From positions 1,240,001 through 1,304,000 of the forward strand of contig JABVCE010000007.1 of the NCBI GenBank assembly GCA_014905635.1: DNA of 64,000 nucleotides. The letters run 5' to 3'. Source of the stretch: Scenedesmus sp. PABB004 (taxonomy: Eukaryota). The position numbers and the translations under genes are program-made. Every line of letters begins with the position of its first letter. Positions within the stretch are counted from its first letter, which is position 1. Positions 11,475-25,000 of this stretch are shown one piece after another. The notes beneath the pieces are model-generated. The model was given only the letters and a program-made list of their open reading frames with translations. It did no database searches and was not told where the DNA came from.

Positions 11475-13054
11475 TCACGCGAGCTGGCCGCAGTCGGCGA
11501 TGACGATCTTCTTGCTTGTGCGCCCGCTGCCGCTGCCGTAGCGCTCGATCGTCTTCACCACGTCCATGCCCTCGACCACCTTGCCAAACACAACCTGTGC
11601 GGCGCGGCGGCACGGCGCGCGGCGCGTGACGGGGAGGGAGGGCGGCAGCCCCAGGCGGCGCGGGGACGGGGTGCGGGCGCGCTCACGTGCTTGCCGTCGA
11701 GCCACGGCGTGGAGACGGTGCAGAGGAAAAACTGGGAGCCGTTGGTGTTGGGGCCGGCGTTGGCCATCGACAGCACGCCTGCGGGCCGCAGCGACGACGG
11801 CGGGGTCGTGCTTCGCCCGCCGGCGCTGCACCGGCGGCGGCGGCGCTCGCGCGAGCGCTGCTCGAGCGGCGCGGGCCGCCAACGCGCCGCACCGGGGCCG
11901 GTGTGCTTGAGCGTGAAGTTCTGCGCGCGGCGCACGGGCGACGCGGCGCGGGCGGGTGGGCGCTGCCGCGCGCGGCCGCGGAGCGGCTGCTGGGAGCGGC
12001 TGTCGCCCCCCCCCCCCCCCCGGCTGGCCGCCTGGCGGGCCTGCGCGCCGGCACTGCCCCCCCCCCCTCCCCGGGCCGCCGCCGGGGTTGCCGCCGCCGC
12101 CCACAAACGCACCTCGTCGGCGAACTTGGTGCCGTAGATCGACTCGCCGCCGGTGCCGTTGCCGGCGGTGAAGTCGCCGCCCTGGCACATGAACTGCGCG
12201 GCGCGGCGCGCGGCGCGGCGTCGGGCGCGGCGCGGCGTCGGCGCGGCGCGGCGTCGGGCGCGGCCTGGCGGCGGCCGGCCGGCGGCGCCGCGGGCGACCC
12301 GCGCAGGGCCGCGCCGCCGCGCACGTCGTTGATCACGCGGTGGAAGGTGGAGCCCTTGAAGTGCAGGGGCTTGCCCGACTTGCCCACGCCCTTCTCGCCT
12401 GGCGCGGGCGCGGCGGCGGCGGCCGTCAGCCGCGCGCGCACACCGCACCGCCAACTGCCGCAGCCGCCCGCGCGCAGCTGCGCGTCCTGCTGCCGGCCGC
12501 TGCCCGGCGCCCGCCGCCGTGGCCTGCGCCCCCCGCCAGGCCCGCCGCCGCCGCCGGCGCGGGGGGCAGGACGCGCGAGTGGCCGCGGCGGGGACAGCGC
12601 AGCAGCGGCGCCGCGGCCTCTCACCGGTGCACACTGCGGGCGGCGGCGCGGCGCGCGGGCGTGAGAGAGCGTCAACGTTGCGATCAAGCCGCCGCGCCAC
12701 CCGGCGCGGCTCCGCGAGGCTCGACGGCGCCGGGGCGCGGCGCGGCGCGCCACCGCCTTGATCTGCCCGCGCCCGCCGCGCGGCGACGTGCCCGCGGCCC
12801 GCCCGCGCGGTGTGCGTGGCCACTCACGGCAGCGGAAGTTCTCCGCCGTCTTGGGCACCACGTCGGCGCGGAGCTCCATCACGATGCGGCCCGTGGGCGC
12901 GCCGTCGGCGGTGATGTCGAAGAACACCTGCGCGCCGCCGGTCGACGCGCCGGCACGCCGTCAGCGCCGGCAGCGCAGGCGCGCGCGCGCCCGCTGCACG
13001 CTGGCGTGATGGTGATGCGCGGTCGCGCCCGCCGCCCACCTTGGGGTTGGCCAT
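11475..13054 (-). CDS. Cytosolic cyclophilin-type peptidyl-prolyl isomerase, multi-exon
   Basis: [78 protein letters not shown]. Confidence 0.97.
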
Positions 13055-13244
13055 GGCTGCTGGCGTGCGGGTGGGACGCGAGGGCTGCGGTCGGTGGGTG
13101 CGTGGGCGGAAGGGCGGGCGCTGGCGCCGCGATCGCTCTTGCGGCGGCGGCGCGACGCGCGGCGCTTGTGCCCTGGATGCCGCCGGCCGCCGCAACCTCT
13201 GCCAGCACACACAACGCGGTTGCTGCCGGCCGGCCGGCAGCACC

Positions 13245-13310
13245 TCACGCCGCCTCGGCCTCCGCACCGCCACCAGCGTCCGCGCCGCCGCTTTTCGCCG
13301 CGCCGCCGGC

Positions 13311-13344
<34 letters not shown>

Positions 13345-15133
13345 GCCTCGCCCTCCGCGCGCTTGCGGCAGGGCAGCACCGCCTCGAGCGCGGCGCGCCA
13401 GTCGCCGTGCGCCGCGACGCGGGAGATGATGTCGACCACCTGGTTGACCGTGATGACCTGAGAGGGCCCGCGGTTCAGCGGCCCGCGGCGCAGCGACGGC
13501 GCAGCGACGGGGTCCCTCGCTGGGCGGCAGCCCCGCGCGCACGCGGCGCCCGGCGCCGCGCCGCACCCACCGCGCTGGCCTGCAGCTTGACGTGCCGCGC
13601 GATCGGCAGGCGCGCGGTCGCGACGCCGTGCGCGGCCGCGCGCGCCGCGCAGATGCCCTTGTGCCGGTTGCGGTCGACGATGCCGCCGATGACGTACACC
13701 TTGCCCGCGTCCAGCTTGCCCAGCTCGGCCGGCGAGTCGGCGGTGAGGTAGACCAGGTCGCCCGCGCGCTCCTGCGACCGCGGCGCGCGGCGCGGGGCGC
13801 GCGTCGCCGGCGGCGGTGCGGCGCCCGCGCGCCGCGCGCCGGCCCACGCGCCCTGCCCTGCGCCGCCATCCACCGCTCCCTCCCCCGCGCCACGTGCTCC
13901 CCCCCCCCCCCCCCCGCGGACGCGGACGCGGACGCCGCGGGCGCCGCCGCGCCCAAGCGGCGCATCATCTGGGAGGCGGAGGCCGAAAAGAGCACCATCA
14001 CATACCCCCACAAGGCGCCCGCGCGCGCTGTGCGGCTCAAGGCGCGGCGCGGCGCGCACGCACGCACGCACGCCGGCACGCGCGCGCGCCGCGCGCCCCG
14101 GCGTCACGCGCCCCCGGCGTCACGCGCCCCCGGCGTCCCCCCCCCCTCCGCGCCGCCGCGCCGCGCCGTGCCTTGAAGAAGTCGTTGTACTTCTCCGCGC
14201 TCTTGGTGGCCGCCCAGTTCTCGTGGCTCGGCAGCTGCCGCTGCAGCGCGGCCTCGAGGTCGCCGCTCGCGCCGAGCAGGTGCAGGTGCAGCTGCGGCTC
14301 GCCCGCCACGGCGGTGTGGTAGCTGTAGCTCAGCTGCTGGCAGAGGCTGCGCAGCTCGTTGTCGGTCATCAGGCCAGGGAAGTCGAGGTCGACCGCCAGC
14401 TTCTGCGCCGCGCCCAGCGCCTGCGCGGCGCGACACGCGCCCGCGCGCGGCGGCGGCGGAGCAGCGCGCCTCGGGCGCCGAGCGCGCGCGCGCGTGCGCG
14501 CGCGCCGGCCCCGCGCCGGCCCCGCACCTGCTGGTGCCGCGCCTTGGCGTCCTTGCGCGCGTTCAGCAGCTGCGCCTTCCTGTCCTGCGAGTCCGGGGCG
14601 GCGGCGGCCGCCCCGTGAGTGCCACGCGGGCTGCGCGCGGCGGCCGCCCCCGTGCCCCCGCCCCCATCCCCGCGCCGCCGGCCGCGCCGGCCGCCGCCGA
14701 CCTTTTGCTGCTGCCTCCACGCCTCCCGCTCCTCCTCGGTCATTGCACCGAGCATCTTGTCGATCTCGGCGCGCTTCGCCGCCAGCGCGGCGGCCTTCGT
14801 CTCGCGCTCCGCCGCCTTGCGCGCGCGCTTGGCCTCGCCCGCGCTGGCGGCGGTGAAGGGCGGCGGCGGCGGGGGCGGTTGCGGCGGGGACCAGCACTGC
14901 GATCGGGACGCGAGCGACCGACAGCGGACGGCCGCGAGAGACGCACGGCAGCGGCCGCAGCAGCAGCGCCGCCGTCGAGCAGCAGCAGCCGCCGCCCCCT
15001 GCCCGCGCGCCGCGCCGCACCGCTCCGCCTTGAGCTTGCGCTTCTGCGCGCGCTTCGACAGCGGCGCCTCGCCGCCGCCGCCGTCCTCGCTGCCCGCCGC
15101 CGCCGATGCTGCTGCCTCGTCCTCGGCCGCCAT
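13245..15133 (-). CDS. TRM10: tRNA m1G9/m1A9 methyltransferase Trm10 (SPOUT)
   Basis: LSKRAQKR N-terminus, VDLDF..LM...ELRSLCQQLSYSY, LVYLTADS, YVIGGIVDRNRHKG, TARLPI, VITVNQV. Confidence 0.92.
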
Positions 15134-15303
15134 GGCTGCTGCCGCTGCTGCGGGTGGCTGACGGTGGGTGGCAGGAGCGCTGTGGAAGCTGTGCGCGGCC
15201 GCACGATGCGCGCCGTTCAACGGCGCGGCGCGTGACCGTCACTCCGCGTCCACCCGGCCGCCGGCAAAGCGCGCACGCAACCTGCTCCACAACTCAGCAC
15301 ACC

Positions 15304-15341
<38 letters not shown>

Positions 15342-15354
15342 GCTGCAGGCTCAC

Positions 15355-15826
15355 TCACGCGCTGGGCACGCGGTACGCGGCGCGCAGGCCCGCCACGTCG
15401 ACGCCGGGGCAGGCGTCGAGCGCGTCGAGCAGCGCGGCCAGCGGCGCGCGCGCGGCGCGGCTCGCCGCCGCCATGGGCGCGACGATGCCAAAGCGCTGCA
15501 CGCCCTGCAGTGCCGTGAGCGCGCGCGCCGCAAACGCCGGGCCGCCCGCCGGGTCGGCCGCGACGGCCGCGCCGAGGCCGGCGGCCAGCGCGCGCATCAC
15601 GCCCTCCGAGAGCTCGCTCTTGAACACAGCGCGATAGCGGTCCGGCGCGAGGGCGCGCACGTAGCTTGCCAGCGCGTCGCGGCCGCCGCCCCGCTGGCCC
15701 TGCAGCGCCTCGGCCGTGCGCACAAACTCGAGCGCCGAGGTCGGCGGCGCGGGCGGCGCCGCCGCGGGGCCCCCAGCCGCGCGCCGCGCCGCCGCGGCCG
15801 GCGGCTGCGGCTGCGGCTGCGGCTGC

Positions 15827-15862
<36 letters not shown>

Positions 15863-17410
15863 GGCTGCTGCGGCTGCTGCGGCTTCTGCTGCGTTGCCTG
15901 CTTCGGCGGCGCGGGCGCCTGTTGAGGCGCCTGCTTCGCCACCTGCTTGGCCGCCTGCTTGGCCGCTGCCGGCGCCGCCGCGGCGCCGTTGGCCGGGGGC
16001 GCCGCCGCGGCGTGCCCGTTGGCGGCCGCGGGCGCGCCCGCCGCCGCGGGCGCGTCCCAGTCGGAGTCGTCCTCGCTGCCGCTGCCGTCTGAGTCTTCAA
16101 TGACAATGATGCGCCGCATCACCACCGTCATCGCCTCGCCCTCCTCCGCCGCCGCCGGCGCCGGCTGGCGCGGCGGCGCCGCCGGCGGCGGCTCGACCGC
16201 CGCGGGAGGCGGCGGCGGCGCTGCGGCCGCGCCCGCGGCCACGGGCGCCACGTCGTTGGCGCCGGCGCCGCCAGCGGCGGCAGCCCTGGCCCTGGCCTTG
16301 GCCTTCTTGCCCTGCTGCTGCGCCTGCGCCCGCTTCGCCGCCTCGGCCTCCTCTGCCAGCAGCTGCGCCGCGAGCGCCTCAGCGCGCGCCTGCTGCTGCT
16401 CGCCCGCCTCGACCGCCTCGCCTGCCTCGCGCGCCGACACGACGCCCTCCAGCTGCTTGGCATACGCGGCCTTGCAGTCCTCGAGCAGGCGCAACACGCC
16501 GGCGTCGCCCGGCGCCGCCGCGGCGAGCGCCTTGGCCTCCTGCGCGCGGCGGCGCGCAGGACACGAGACGGGCGTTGGCCACGCGCGGGCCGCAGGGGGG
16601 CCGGCTGCCGCGCCCCCAGCCCTTCAGGACCCGCCAGCCCCCCTCCGCCTCACCGTGACGGCCTCCTTCACTCTGCCCATCTCCTTCCACGCCTGAGCGC
16701 GGCGGAGGCGGACCGCCGCCAGCAGCTGCTGCGCCGCGCGCGCGGCGCTGCCGCTGGCCTCGCGCAAGTCCTTGCGCAGCAGCAGCGCCGCGTCGTGGCA
16801 GTCCGCCTCGGCCAGCGCCCAGCGGCGCAGGCGCAGGTACCCCTGCGAGCGGCCCGCGTAGCCGCGCGCGTCGTCGGGCGCGAGCTCGACGACGGCGCCG
16901 TAGTGCCGCACCGCTGCGTGCGCGTTGCCGCCCGCAAACGCGTCGGCGCCAAGCTGCAGCTCCCGCTCCATGCGCCGCCTGCTCCGCTCCGCGTCTTGCA
17001 GCTTTTTGAGCTCGTCGCCGCCGTTGCCGCGCCGCTCGACCGTGTCCGGCAGGCCCTTGCGCGCGGCAACCTGCAGCTCCGCAAGCCGCGCCGCGTCCGC
17101 GGCGTCCTGCTCGCGCTGCGCGGCCGCGGCGCGCTGCTGCGACTCGAGCGCGCGCGCCGCCGCCCGCTGCTGGGCTGCCCGCTCGTCCAGGCGCTCCTGC
17201 TCGGTCAGCAGCTGGCGCATCGCCTGCAGCCCCACGCGCGCGCCCTCCTGCTCGTCCAGCTCGCCGTCGCCGGCGCTCTGCACGCGGCGCAGGCGCGGCG
17301 CTGGCTGCTCAGCCGCAGGGTGCGCCCCCGCCTGGCCCTGCTCCGCCGCCTCGTCGTCGTCGCTGTCGCTGTCGTCGCTGGACTCGACGACGGGGATGAT
17401 CGCCCGCACG

Positions 17411-17491
<81 letters not shown>

Positions 17492-20400
17492 CCCTGCTGC
17501 TGCTGGTCGCTGCGCTGCACGGCTGCCGGCGCGGTGCTGTCCGCGTCCGGCGCCTCCGGGCGCTGCGCCGCCGCCGGCGGGCGCGGCGCGGCCTGCTCCT
17601 GCGCCGCCAGCTCCCGCTGCTGCTCCTGCGCCGCGAGCTTCCGCTGCTGCTCCTGCGCCGCCAGCTTCTGCTGCTGATAAGCCTGCTTCGCCTGCTGCAC
17701 CGCCGCGGCCACGCGGGCGAGGTCGGCGTGGAGCTGCCCGTCGACCTGCAGGCCGGCGGCGGAGGTCTCCTCCACGACCTGCGACAGCAGCACCAGCGCG
17801 CCCTCCGCGTCGCCCAGCAGCTCCAGCGCGAGGCCGCGCCTGCGGGCCGGCGCCGGGCGGCGGGCGGCGGGCGGCGGGCGGCGGCTCGGCCAGGCGCCCG
17901 GGGCGGGTGGTGCGACCCGCCGGGGCCTCGTGCGCGGCGGCCCCGCGCGCGGCGCGCGTCGCGCCGCGCCGCACCGCAGCAGCGCCTTGTGCCGGCTCGC
18001 GCCGTCGAGGCCCGCCTGCGCCAGCACCTCGTCGCACGCCCGCGCCGCGGCCGCGCCGTCGCGCTGGCGCAGGCGCAGCGCCGCGATGTTCAGCAGCACG
18101 CCCGCGTTGTCGCCGTCCAGCTGCAGCGCCTCGGCATACGCCGCCTCGGCGGCGGCGAGGTCGCCCGCCGCCATGGCCTCGTTGCCGCGGCGCTTGAACG
18201 CGTCGACGCGCGCGGCAAAGCCCGACTCGACCTGCGCCGCCGTGGGCGGCCGCCGCGCCGCGAGCACGCTCGCCGGCGCCTTGAACGAGCCCGCCGGCGT
18301 GACGTCGGGCGTCACGGCGGCCGCGGGGCTCGCGCCCGGCGCCGCGGCATCCGCCGCGCCGCGCGCCGCCGGCTCATGCGCGGCGCCGGCGCACTGCGCC
18401 GCCCGTGGCTTGGCCGGCCGGCCGACGAGCTTGCCGTCGGCGGGCGAGGCGGGCGGCGTGAACGGCTCGGCCAGCCGCGCCGCCGCGCTGCCGCCGGACA
18501 GCAAGCCACGCCGGCCGCCGATGGCGATGGCCGCGCTCCCGCCACGGCTGGTCGGCCGCGCAGCCGCTGGCGCCGCTCCGCGCACCGCGCGGCGCGCCGC
18601 GCGCTGCGCTCGCGCGGCTGCACGCTCCGCCCGCGCGGCCGTGCGCTCGGCCCGCGCGGAGAGCGCGGCCTCCCGCTCCTCCTCAGCCGCGGCCCGGCGC
18701 GCCTCCCACGCCTCGCGCAGCTCCGCGCCGCGCTGCCTGGCCTTGTCAGCCTGGCGCTGCATGCCCTGCTCGCAGGCCAGCAGCTCCTCGTGCTTGCGCT
18801 GCGGCCGGGCGGGCGGGCGCGCGGTGAGCTGGCGACCGCGGCGCGTGCGCGCCCTCCGCTCGCGCGGCGCCGCCGCCGCCGCCGCTGCTGCCGGCGCGCG
18901 GGCCTGAGAACTGGCCGCACCTGCACCTCCTCCTCCGGCCCCTCCACCACCTCCTCGATCGTGCAGCTCTCGGCCGTGGTGCGCGCGCTCGCGCGCTGCG
19001 CCGCCGCCATCGCGCGCCGCCCCGCCTCCATCGACGCGTCGACCTCGCACCGCAGCGTCGCCAGCTCCGCCTTGAGCGCGCGCCGCTCGGCCGCCGGCGC
19101 GGCCGCGACGCACGCCTCGAGGTCGGCGATCGCGCCCTGCGGCGGGCGTGGCGGGTCGGCGCGCGGCCCTGCCGCCGCACGCGCGTGCGCGCGCGGGCCC
19201 GCGCGCCGCGTCGCCGCCGCAGCCGCCGCCGCCGCCCCCACCTTCCAGTCGCCGAGGCCCTGCTTGGCCTTGGAGCGCTTCTGCAGCGCCTTGAACCGCC
19301 CCGGCTCCAGCAGCAGCGCGAGCGTCGCGTCGGCGTGCGCGTCGGCGTAGCGGCGGAGCTCGAGCCGCGCCATCGCCCGGTTCACGAGCGCCGGCACGGC
19401 GTCGGGCGCGTGCGCCAGCGTCTCGCCGTACAGCGCGGCCGCGTCGGCAAACCGGCCTGCGCTTGCGCGGGCGCGTGCGCGTGGCGGCGGGTTGGCCGCT
19501 GCGCCGCGCTCGCCGCGCGCTGGCGCCGGCAGCGCAGCGGCGCGGCAGGCCGCGCGCGCCTGCTTTGTAGGCCGTGTTGCCCGCCAGGCGCAGGCGCTCC
19601 AGCTCCTCGTCAAACGTCAGCGGCAGAGCGGCGAGGGAGACCTCGGCGTCCGAGCCCGACGCCTCGTCGTCGGACGCCTCGCCATCAGAGGCGGCGCTGC
19701 CGTCGCTGCTGGCGCCGCCGCTGCTGCCGCCCGCGTCGCTCTCGGCGGCCGCGGCCGCGGCGGCGCTGAGCTCCGCCGCGAGCGCGGCCGGGTCGAGCGC
19801 CTCCGCGCCTGCGCGCTCGCTCCCCGCCTGCTGCTGCTGCTCGCCGTCGTCGCTGCTGCTCGCCTCCTCGATCACGAGCCGCACCGCGCCGGGCCTGGGG
19901 CTGCCCAGCCCGAGCGCCTTGCGCGCCCTGGCCGCGCCCGCGGCCGCGTCGGGCTGGCCGGGCATCAGCGACAGCACCGCCTCAAAGTCCTGCGCCCGGC
20001 GGCGGCGCGGCGCGGTGGGCGCGCGCGCGCGCGCACCCTCGCGCCGCGCCGCCGCCGCGCCGGCCCGCGCCGCGCTGCGTACCGCCAGCGCCGAGTCGGG
20101 CGCGTTCATGCCGGCGCTCGCCTCGCCGCGCCGCAGCAGCGCCTTGACCCGCAGCTCGGCGTCGAGCTCCGCGCCTGCAGCAGCGGCGGCGCCGGGCCCC
20201 GCAGCGTGGGCGCCCGCGGCGCCCGCGGCGCGGCGCGGCGCCGCCGCCGCTCGCGCGCCCGCACCTGCGCCGCTGGGCAGCATGCTGAGCGCGGCCGAGC
20301 AGTCCTCCACGGCGTCGCGGAAGGCCTTGAGCTTGAGCTGCGCCAGGGCGCGGTTGGTGAGCGCGCCCACCTGCGTCGGGTCCATCGCGATCGCCAGGCT

Positions 20401-21799
20401 GTACTCGTCCACCGCCTCCCTGAACTGGCGCGCCCTGTGTCCCGGGCGCGCGGCGGCGGCGGCGGGCGGGCGGGCGGGCTCGGCGGGCGCGCGCGCGGCG
20501 GCGCGCAAGCGTACGCGTGCCGCCGCCCGCCGCCGCCGCGCCGCGTGCTGCCCGCCCGCCCGCCGCGCGGGCGCGCCGCTCACGCAAAGAACTCGTTGCC
20601 GCGCCGCCGGGCGTCCTCGGCGAGCGTCGCGCGCTGCGCCTCTGGCAGCGTGGCGTTGCGCGCTGCGAGCGCCCGGGTGCGCTCGGCGCCCTTAAGCGAC
20701 AGCTCCTGGATCAGCGGGCTGGCCGCCGGCGCGCCGCAACCGCCGCCGCCGCCGCCAGGCGCGGCGCCGGCCGCGAGCGGGCCGCGCGCGGCCTTGGGCG
20801 CGGTGCCCGCGCTCGGCACGGCGAGGCCGCCGGGGCCCAGCAGCGCCGCCTGGTCGCGCTCGTCCGCGAGGTCCAGCGACTGCCGCGCCGGCTCGGGCGG
20901 GCCCTGGCGCGCGCGGCGCGGGCGGCGTGGGCTGGCGCCCCCGGGCGGCGCGGCGGTGCGCGAACACCGCGCGCGGCGGCTGCCCACCTTGGCGCGCCCC
21001 GCGTCCGCGCTGCGGCTGCCGCGCACGGGCGCGTGCAGGTCCTCGTGCTCCATCATCTTGGCGGGCGGCCTGCGGCGGCGAGCGCGCGGCGCGAGAGGCT
21101 GGCTGCCGCGGCGCGGGCTGGCTGCCGCGGCGCGGGCTGGCTGCCGCGGCGCGCCGCGCGGGCCGCCCTCTCACGCGCCGGCGTCGCCGCCGCCCCGCGC
21201 CGCACCTGGCGCGCTGCCGCTGCCGCGCTGCGGCCTCCTGCGGCGCGTCGCGGGCGGCGCGGGCGGCGCCGCGCGATCGGCGGGCCGCAGCAGCGGCGGC
21301 GGCCGCTCGCCGCGGCTGCGGCGCCTGTGGGGGGCGCGGCGCCGCGGCGCCGGCCGCGACGGGCGCATGGGCCCGCACCTGCAGCGCCTGCAGCGCCCGC
21401 TGCGCCTCAGCGGCCGCCTCCCGCTCGCGCCGCGCGCTGCTGCTGCCGCGCGCCGGCGCGGACGCGCCCAGGGCGGCGAGGCGCGCGTCCACGGCGGCTG
21501 CCGTGTCCAAAAAGCCCGTCCGCCTGCGCGGGGGAGGCGACGCCGTCAGGCCGCGCCGCGCCGGCGCTCGCGACGCAGTCGGCGCGCACAGGCCCCGAGT
21601 CGCGGCGGCGTGCGCGCCTGAAATACGCCGACGCAGCCTTCAGCTTCTGGGGCGAGGCACAGGCAGCGATGCAGTCCGCCCTGCGCGGCACGGCGGGCGG
21701 AGGCGGGCGCGTTCAGCCCGCGGTCTCTGCGCACTCACACTCCGCCTGCGTCGATGCGCACGTCCAGGTGTCAAACTCGGAGGATCCTCCCTCGTCCAT
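15355..21799 (-). CDS. SPAG1/RPAP3-like TPR co-chaperone with C-terminal RPAP3_C-like domain
   Basis: Several carboxylate-clamp-type TPR clusters (RRGNEFF..A+DEYS, GNTAYKAG, KRRGNEAM, LGADAFAGGN) and C-terminal PTSALEF...YRAVFKSEL...L..L.GVQRF. ATG 21799 is inferred from exon joining. Confidence 0.75.
17412..17488 (-). repeat. Coding CAG (poly-Gln) microsatellite of about 25 units
   Basis: Uninterrupted (CTG)n on + strand within the TPR gene. Confidence 0.9.
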
Positions 21800-22052
21800 C
21801 TGGGCAGCGCCGGGGCCGCCGGAGACCTTGCCAGCGCGCGGCGGCACTTGGCGGGCGGGCGAGCGGCGCCGCTCGCTGCGCGGGCGGGGCGGGCCGTGTG
21901 CGCCTGGATCGGGGCGGAGGAGCAGGCGATTGCTGTGCCGCGTCTCGACGGCGGCGCGCAGCGGCTGGGGCGGGCCAACAGCGCTGGGGTTCGTTGCACC
22001 GCGGCGCCGCCGCCCGGCGCCCGCGCCCCCCGCCCCCGCCCGGCCGGCCGCG

Positions 22053-25000
22053 TCACTTGATGGACACCGACACCTCCGCCCCGCTCGTCGCGCGCGAGGG
22101 CCGCGCGCTGCCGGCGTCGCGGTTGACCACGGAGAGCCAGCCGATCATCTTGTTCAGCGCCGCCACGTACGCGCGAGCGCTGCTGACCACGATGTCCTCG
22201 TCCGCGCCCTGGCCTGCGCGTGCGTTGCGTGTGTGTGCGTTGTGTGCGGGGTCGTTTGGTTGTGTGCGGGGCGGCGGGCAGCGGGCGCGCGCGCGCGGGG
22301 CGCTACGCGGCCGCCGCCACGGGCGCCGCGCGCCGCGCGCGCGCCGCGCGCCGCCGCGCACCTGAGAAGTTGCGCTGCACCTTGCCGCCCAGCCCGCTCG
22401 CGCGCTCCACGTACGCCTCGTCCTTCATCGCCCCCGTCGGGCGGATCGTCACGCGCGTCGTCGCGAGCGCCTGCGCACGCCGCGCCGCGGCCGGCGCCGC
22501 CGCCTCAGCGTGCGCACCGCCGCACAGCCCGCGCGCCGCCCGTCCCCCGCCCCCAATCCTTTTATCGCGCGCTGCTGCTGCCGCGCGGCGCGCGCCTGGA
22601 TGCCCTCTGTGACGCTGTTGACGCTGTAGTCGACCAGCTCCGCGTCGACGCGCACGAGGCCGTCGATGGCCTTGTACGCCGCGTCGACGGGGCCTGCAGG
22701 CGGGGGGGGGGGGGGGAGGGGAGGGATGGGGGGAGGGCAGGGTGTTGAGTGGGCGGGTTGGGGTGAGAGGGAGGGAGGGAGGGAGGCAGGAGGGAAGAGA
22801 GAGAGAGGGAGAGAGGGAGAGAGGAGAGAGAGAGGAGGGAGGGAGAGAGAGAGGGGGGCAGAGGGAGAGGCGCCGCGCGAGGCCCTTGGCGCGGCCGCCG
22901 CGGCGCACCCGCGCCGACGCCGACGCTGACGCGCGTGATGCCGTCGGGGCCGCGCAGCTGCACCGTGCAGGTCGGCATGCCCATCGTGCCGCACACCACC
23001 TGCGCCGCGCGCGCGCGGCGGCGGGCGGCGGCGCGTGGGCGCGCGAGCGCTGCGCAGCCGGCCGCTGGCCTCCCTCCCTTGCCGGCCTCCCTCCCTCCCC
23101 CTGCCCCCCCCCCCCCCCCCCGCCCTGCGGCCTGCCCTGCCCCGCCGCCCCGCGCGCCGCCGCGCCGCGCTGCCGCACCTGCAGGTCGACCAGCTCCCAC
23201 ACCGTCGCGGCCTGGTGCACCTCGTCGCCCACGAGCGCGAGCAGGTCCTCGTCGGTGATGCCCTTCTTCTTGTCAGCCAGCGTCTGCAGAGGGCAACAAA
23301 CACACAGGGCGCGAGCGAGCGGGGGTGGCGCGGTGAGGGGCGTGGGTGCAGGCGCGAGTGCGTGCAGGCGCGAGTGCATGCAGGCATGCGGGGTGTGAGC
23401 GTCGGCGCGTGCATATGCCAAGCCCTCAACTCTCACAGCCCCACAGACGGCCCGGCAGGGCTGCGCTGGGCTGCAGGGTTTAAGCGCAGCCCCCGACCAC
23501 AAAACCCTCCGCGCCGCACCTTGAAGCGCCGGAAGACGTCGTCTACCTCCTGCGGCGACAGCTCAAAGCCCAGCTGCGTGAGGCGCGTCGACAGCGCGTT
23601 GCGCCCGCTGTGCTTGCCCATGACGATGCCTGGCGCGCGGCGGCGCGGCGCGCGGCGGGCGGCGCGCGAGTGAGCGTGCGCCGCGCCGGCGGCGGCGGCG
23701 GGCGAGCCCGGCGCCGCGCCCGCCGCGCGCCGCGCCCCCGCCGTGCGCGGGCGCGCGCGCACCCGCGTCCTCGGGGCTGCGCGAGAGGCCGATCGTCTCT
23801 GGGCTCATGATTTCGTACGTCTCGCGGTTCTTGAGCATGCCGTCCTGGGCAGGGTTCAGCCGAGCCGCGGGCAGGGTTCAGGGACGCCGACGCGGCCGGG
23901 CGGGCCGCGCCTGGCCGGCGCGGCGCGGCGCCGCCGCCGCCCCTCGACACGCACGCACATCCACGCCCCACGCACACACGCATCTGCACGCACGCATCCG
24001 CGCCGTCCGCACGCCCCCGCCCCCGCCCGCGCGGCGCGCACCTGGTGGATGCCGCTCTCGTGCGCAAACGCGTTGGCGCCCACGATCGCCTTGTGGGGCT
24101 GCACCATCATGCCGCTGTAGTCGCTGACCATGCGGCTCGCGGGGTAGATGTGCACCGGCCGCACGCCCGTCCACAGGCCGCCCATCTGCTCGTCGCTGCG
24201 CGAGCGCGGCGGCGCGGCGCGGCGCGGGCAGGCGGCGGCGTCACGCGCGGGCAGGCGGCGGCGTCACGCGCGGGCCGGCGTCGGCACCGCGCACGGGCGC
24301 CCTGCGCGCCGCGCCCACGCCCTGCGCGCTCTGTGTGCGTCGCGCCGCGCGCTGTGTGTGTCGCGCCGCGTGCTGTGCGTGCTGCGCGCCCCTCACCCCT
24401 TGAGCGCGACGGCCATGACCACCTCCTCCAGGCTCGCGTTGCCCGCGCGCTCGCCGATGCCGTTGATGGTGCACTCGATCTGCCGCGCGCCTGCGATGGG
24501 CGGGCGTGTGGGGGTGAGGTGGGTGCGGGTGGTGTGTGTGTGTGTGTGTGTGTGTGTGTGGCGGGGAGGGGTTCGCGGCGCAGGCGGAGGAGAGCCGCAG
24601 GCGGACGGCGGGCAAGCGGGCAGGCGGCGCACCCGCCATCGCGCCGGCGATGGAGTTGGCGGTCGAGAGGCCGAGGTCGTTCTGGCAGTGCGTGCTGATG
24701 ATGACCTGCGGCGCGCACCGGCAGGGAGGCGCACGGCGCGGCGCGCGCGGCCGGGGGTCACGCGGGGTCGGCCCTCCGCGCGCTGCTCCCCGCGCGCCGC
24801 CCGCGCTCCCGACGCGCCGCCGCTGCGGCCGCACGTTGTCAGCGCCGGGCGTGTTGGCCTTGATCTTGGCAATGAGCCCGCCAAACTCGTGCGGCAGGTT
24901 CCACCCGGTCGTGTCGGGGATGTTGAGCGTTGTCGCGCCAGCCTTGATCACTTCGCCCAGCACCTGACGCCGATGCGGCGGCGGCCGCGGCGGCGGCGGC

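Noticed and set aside
15716..15925. Cys-rich metallothionein-like ORF (also 16925-17677)
   Set aside because: Poly-Cys is the antisense reading of poly-Gln CAG tracts in the TPR gene.
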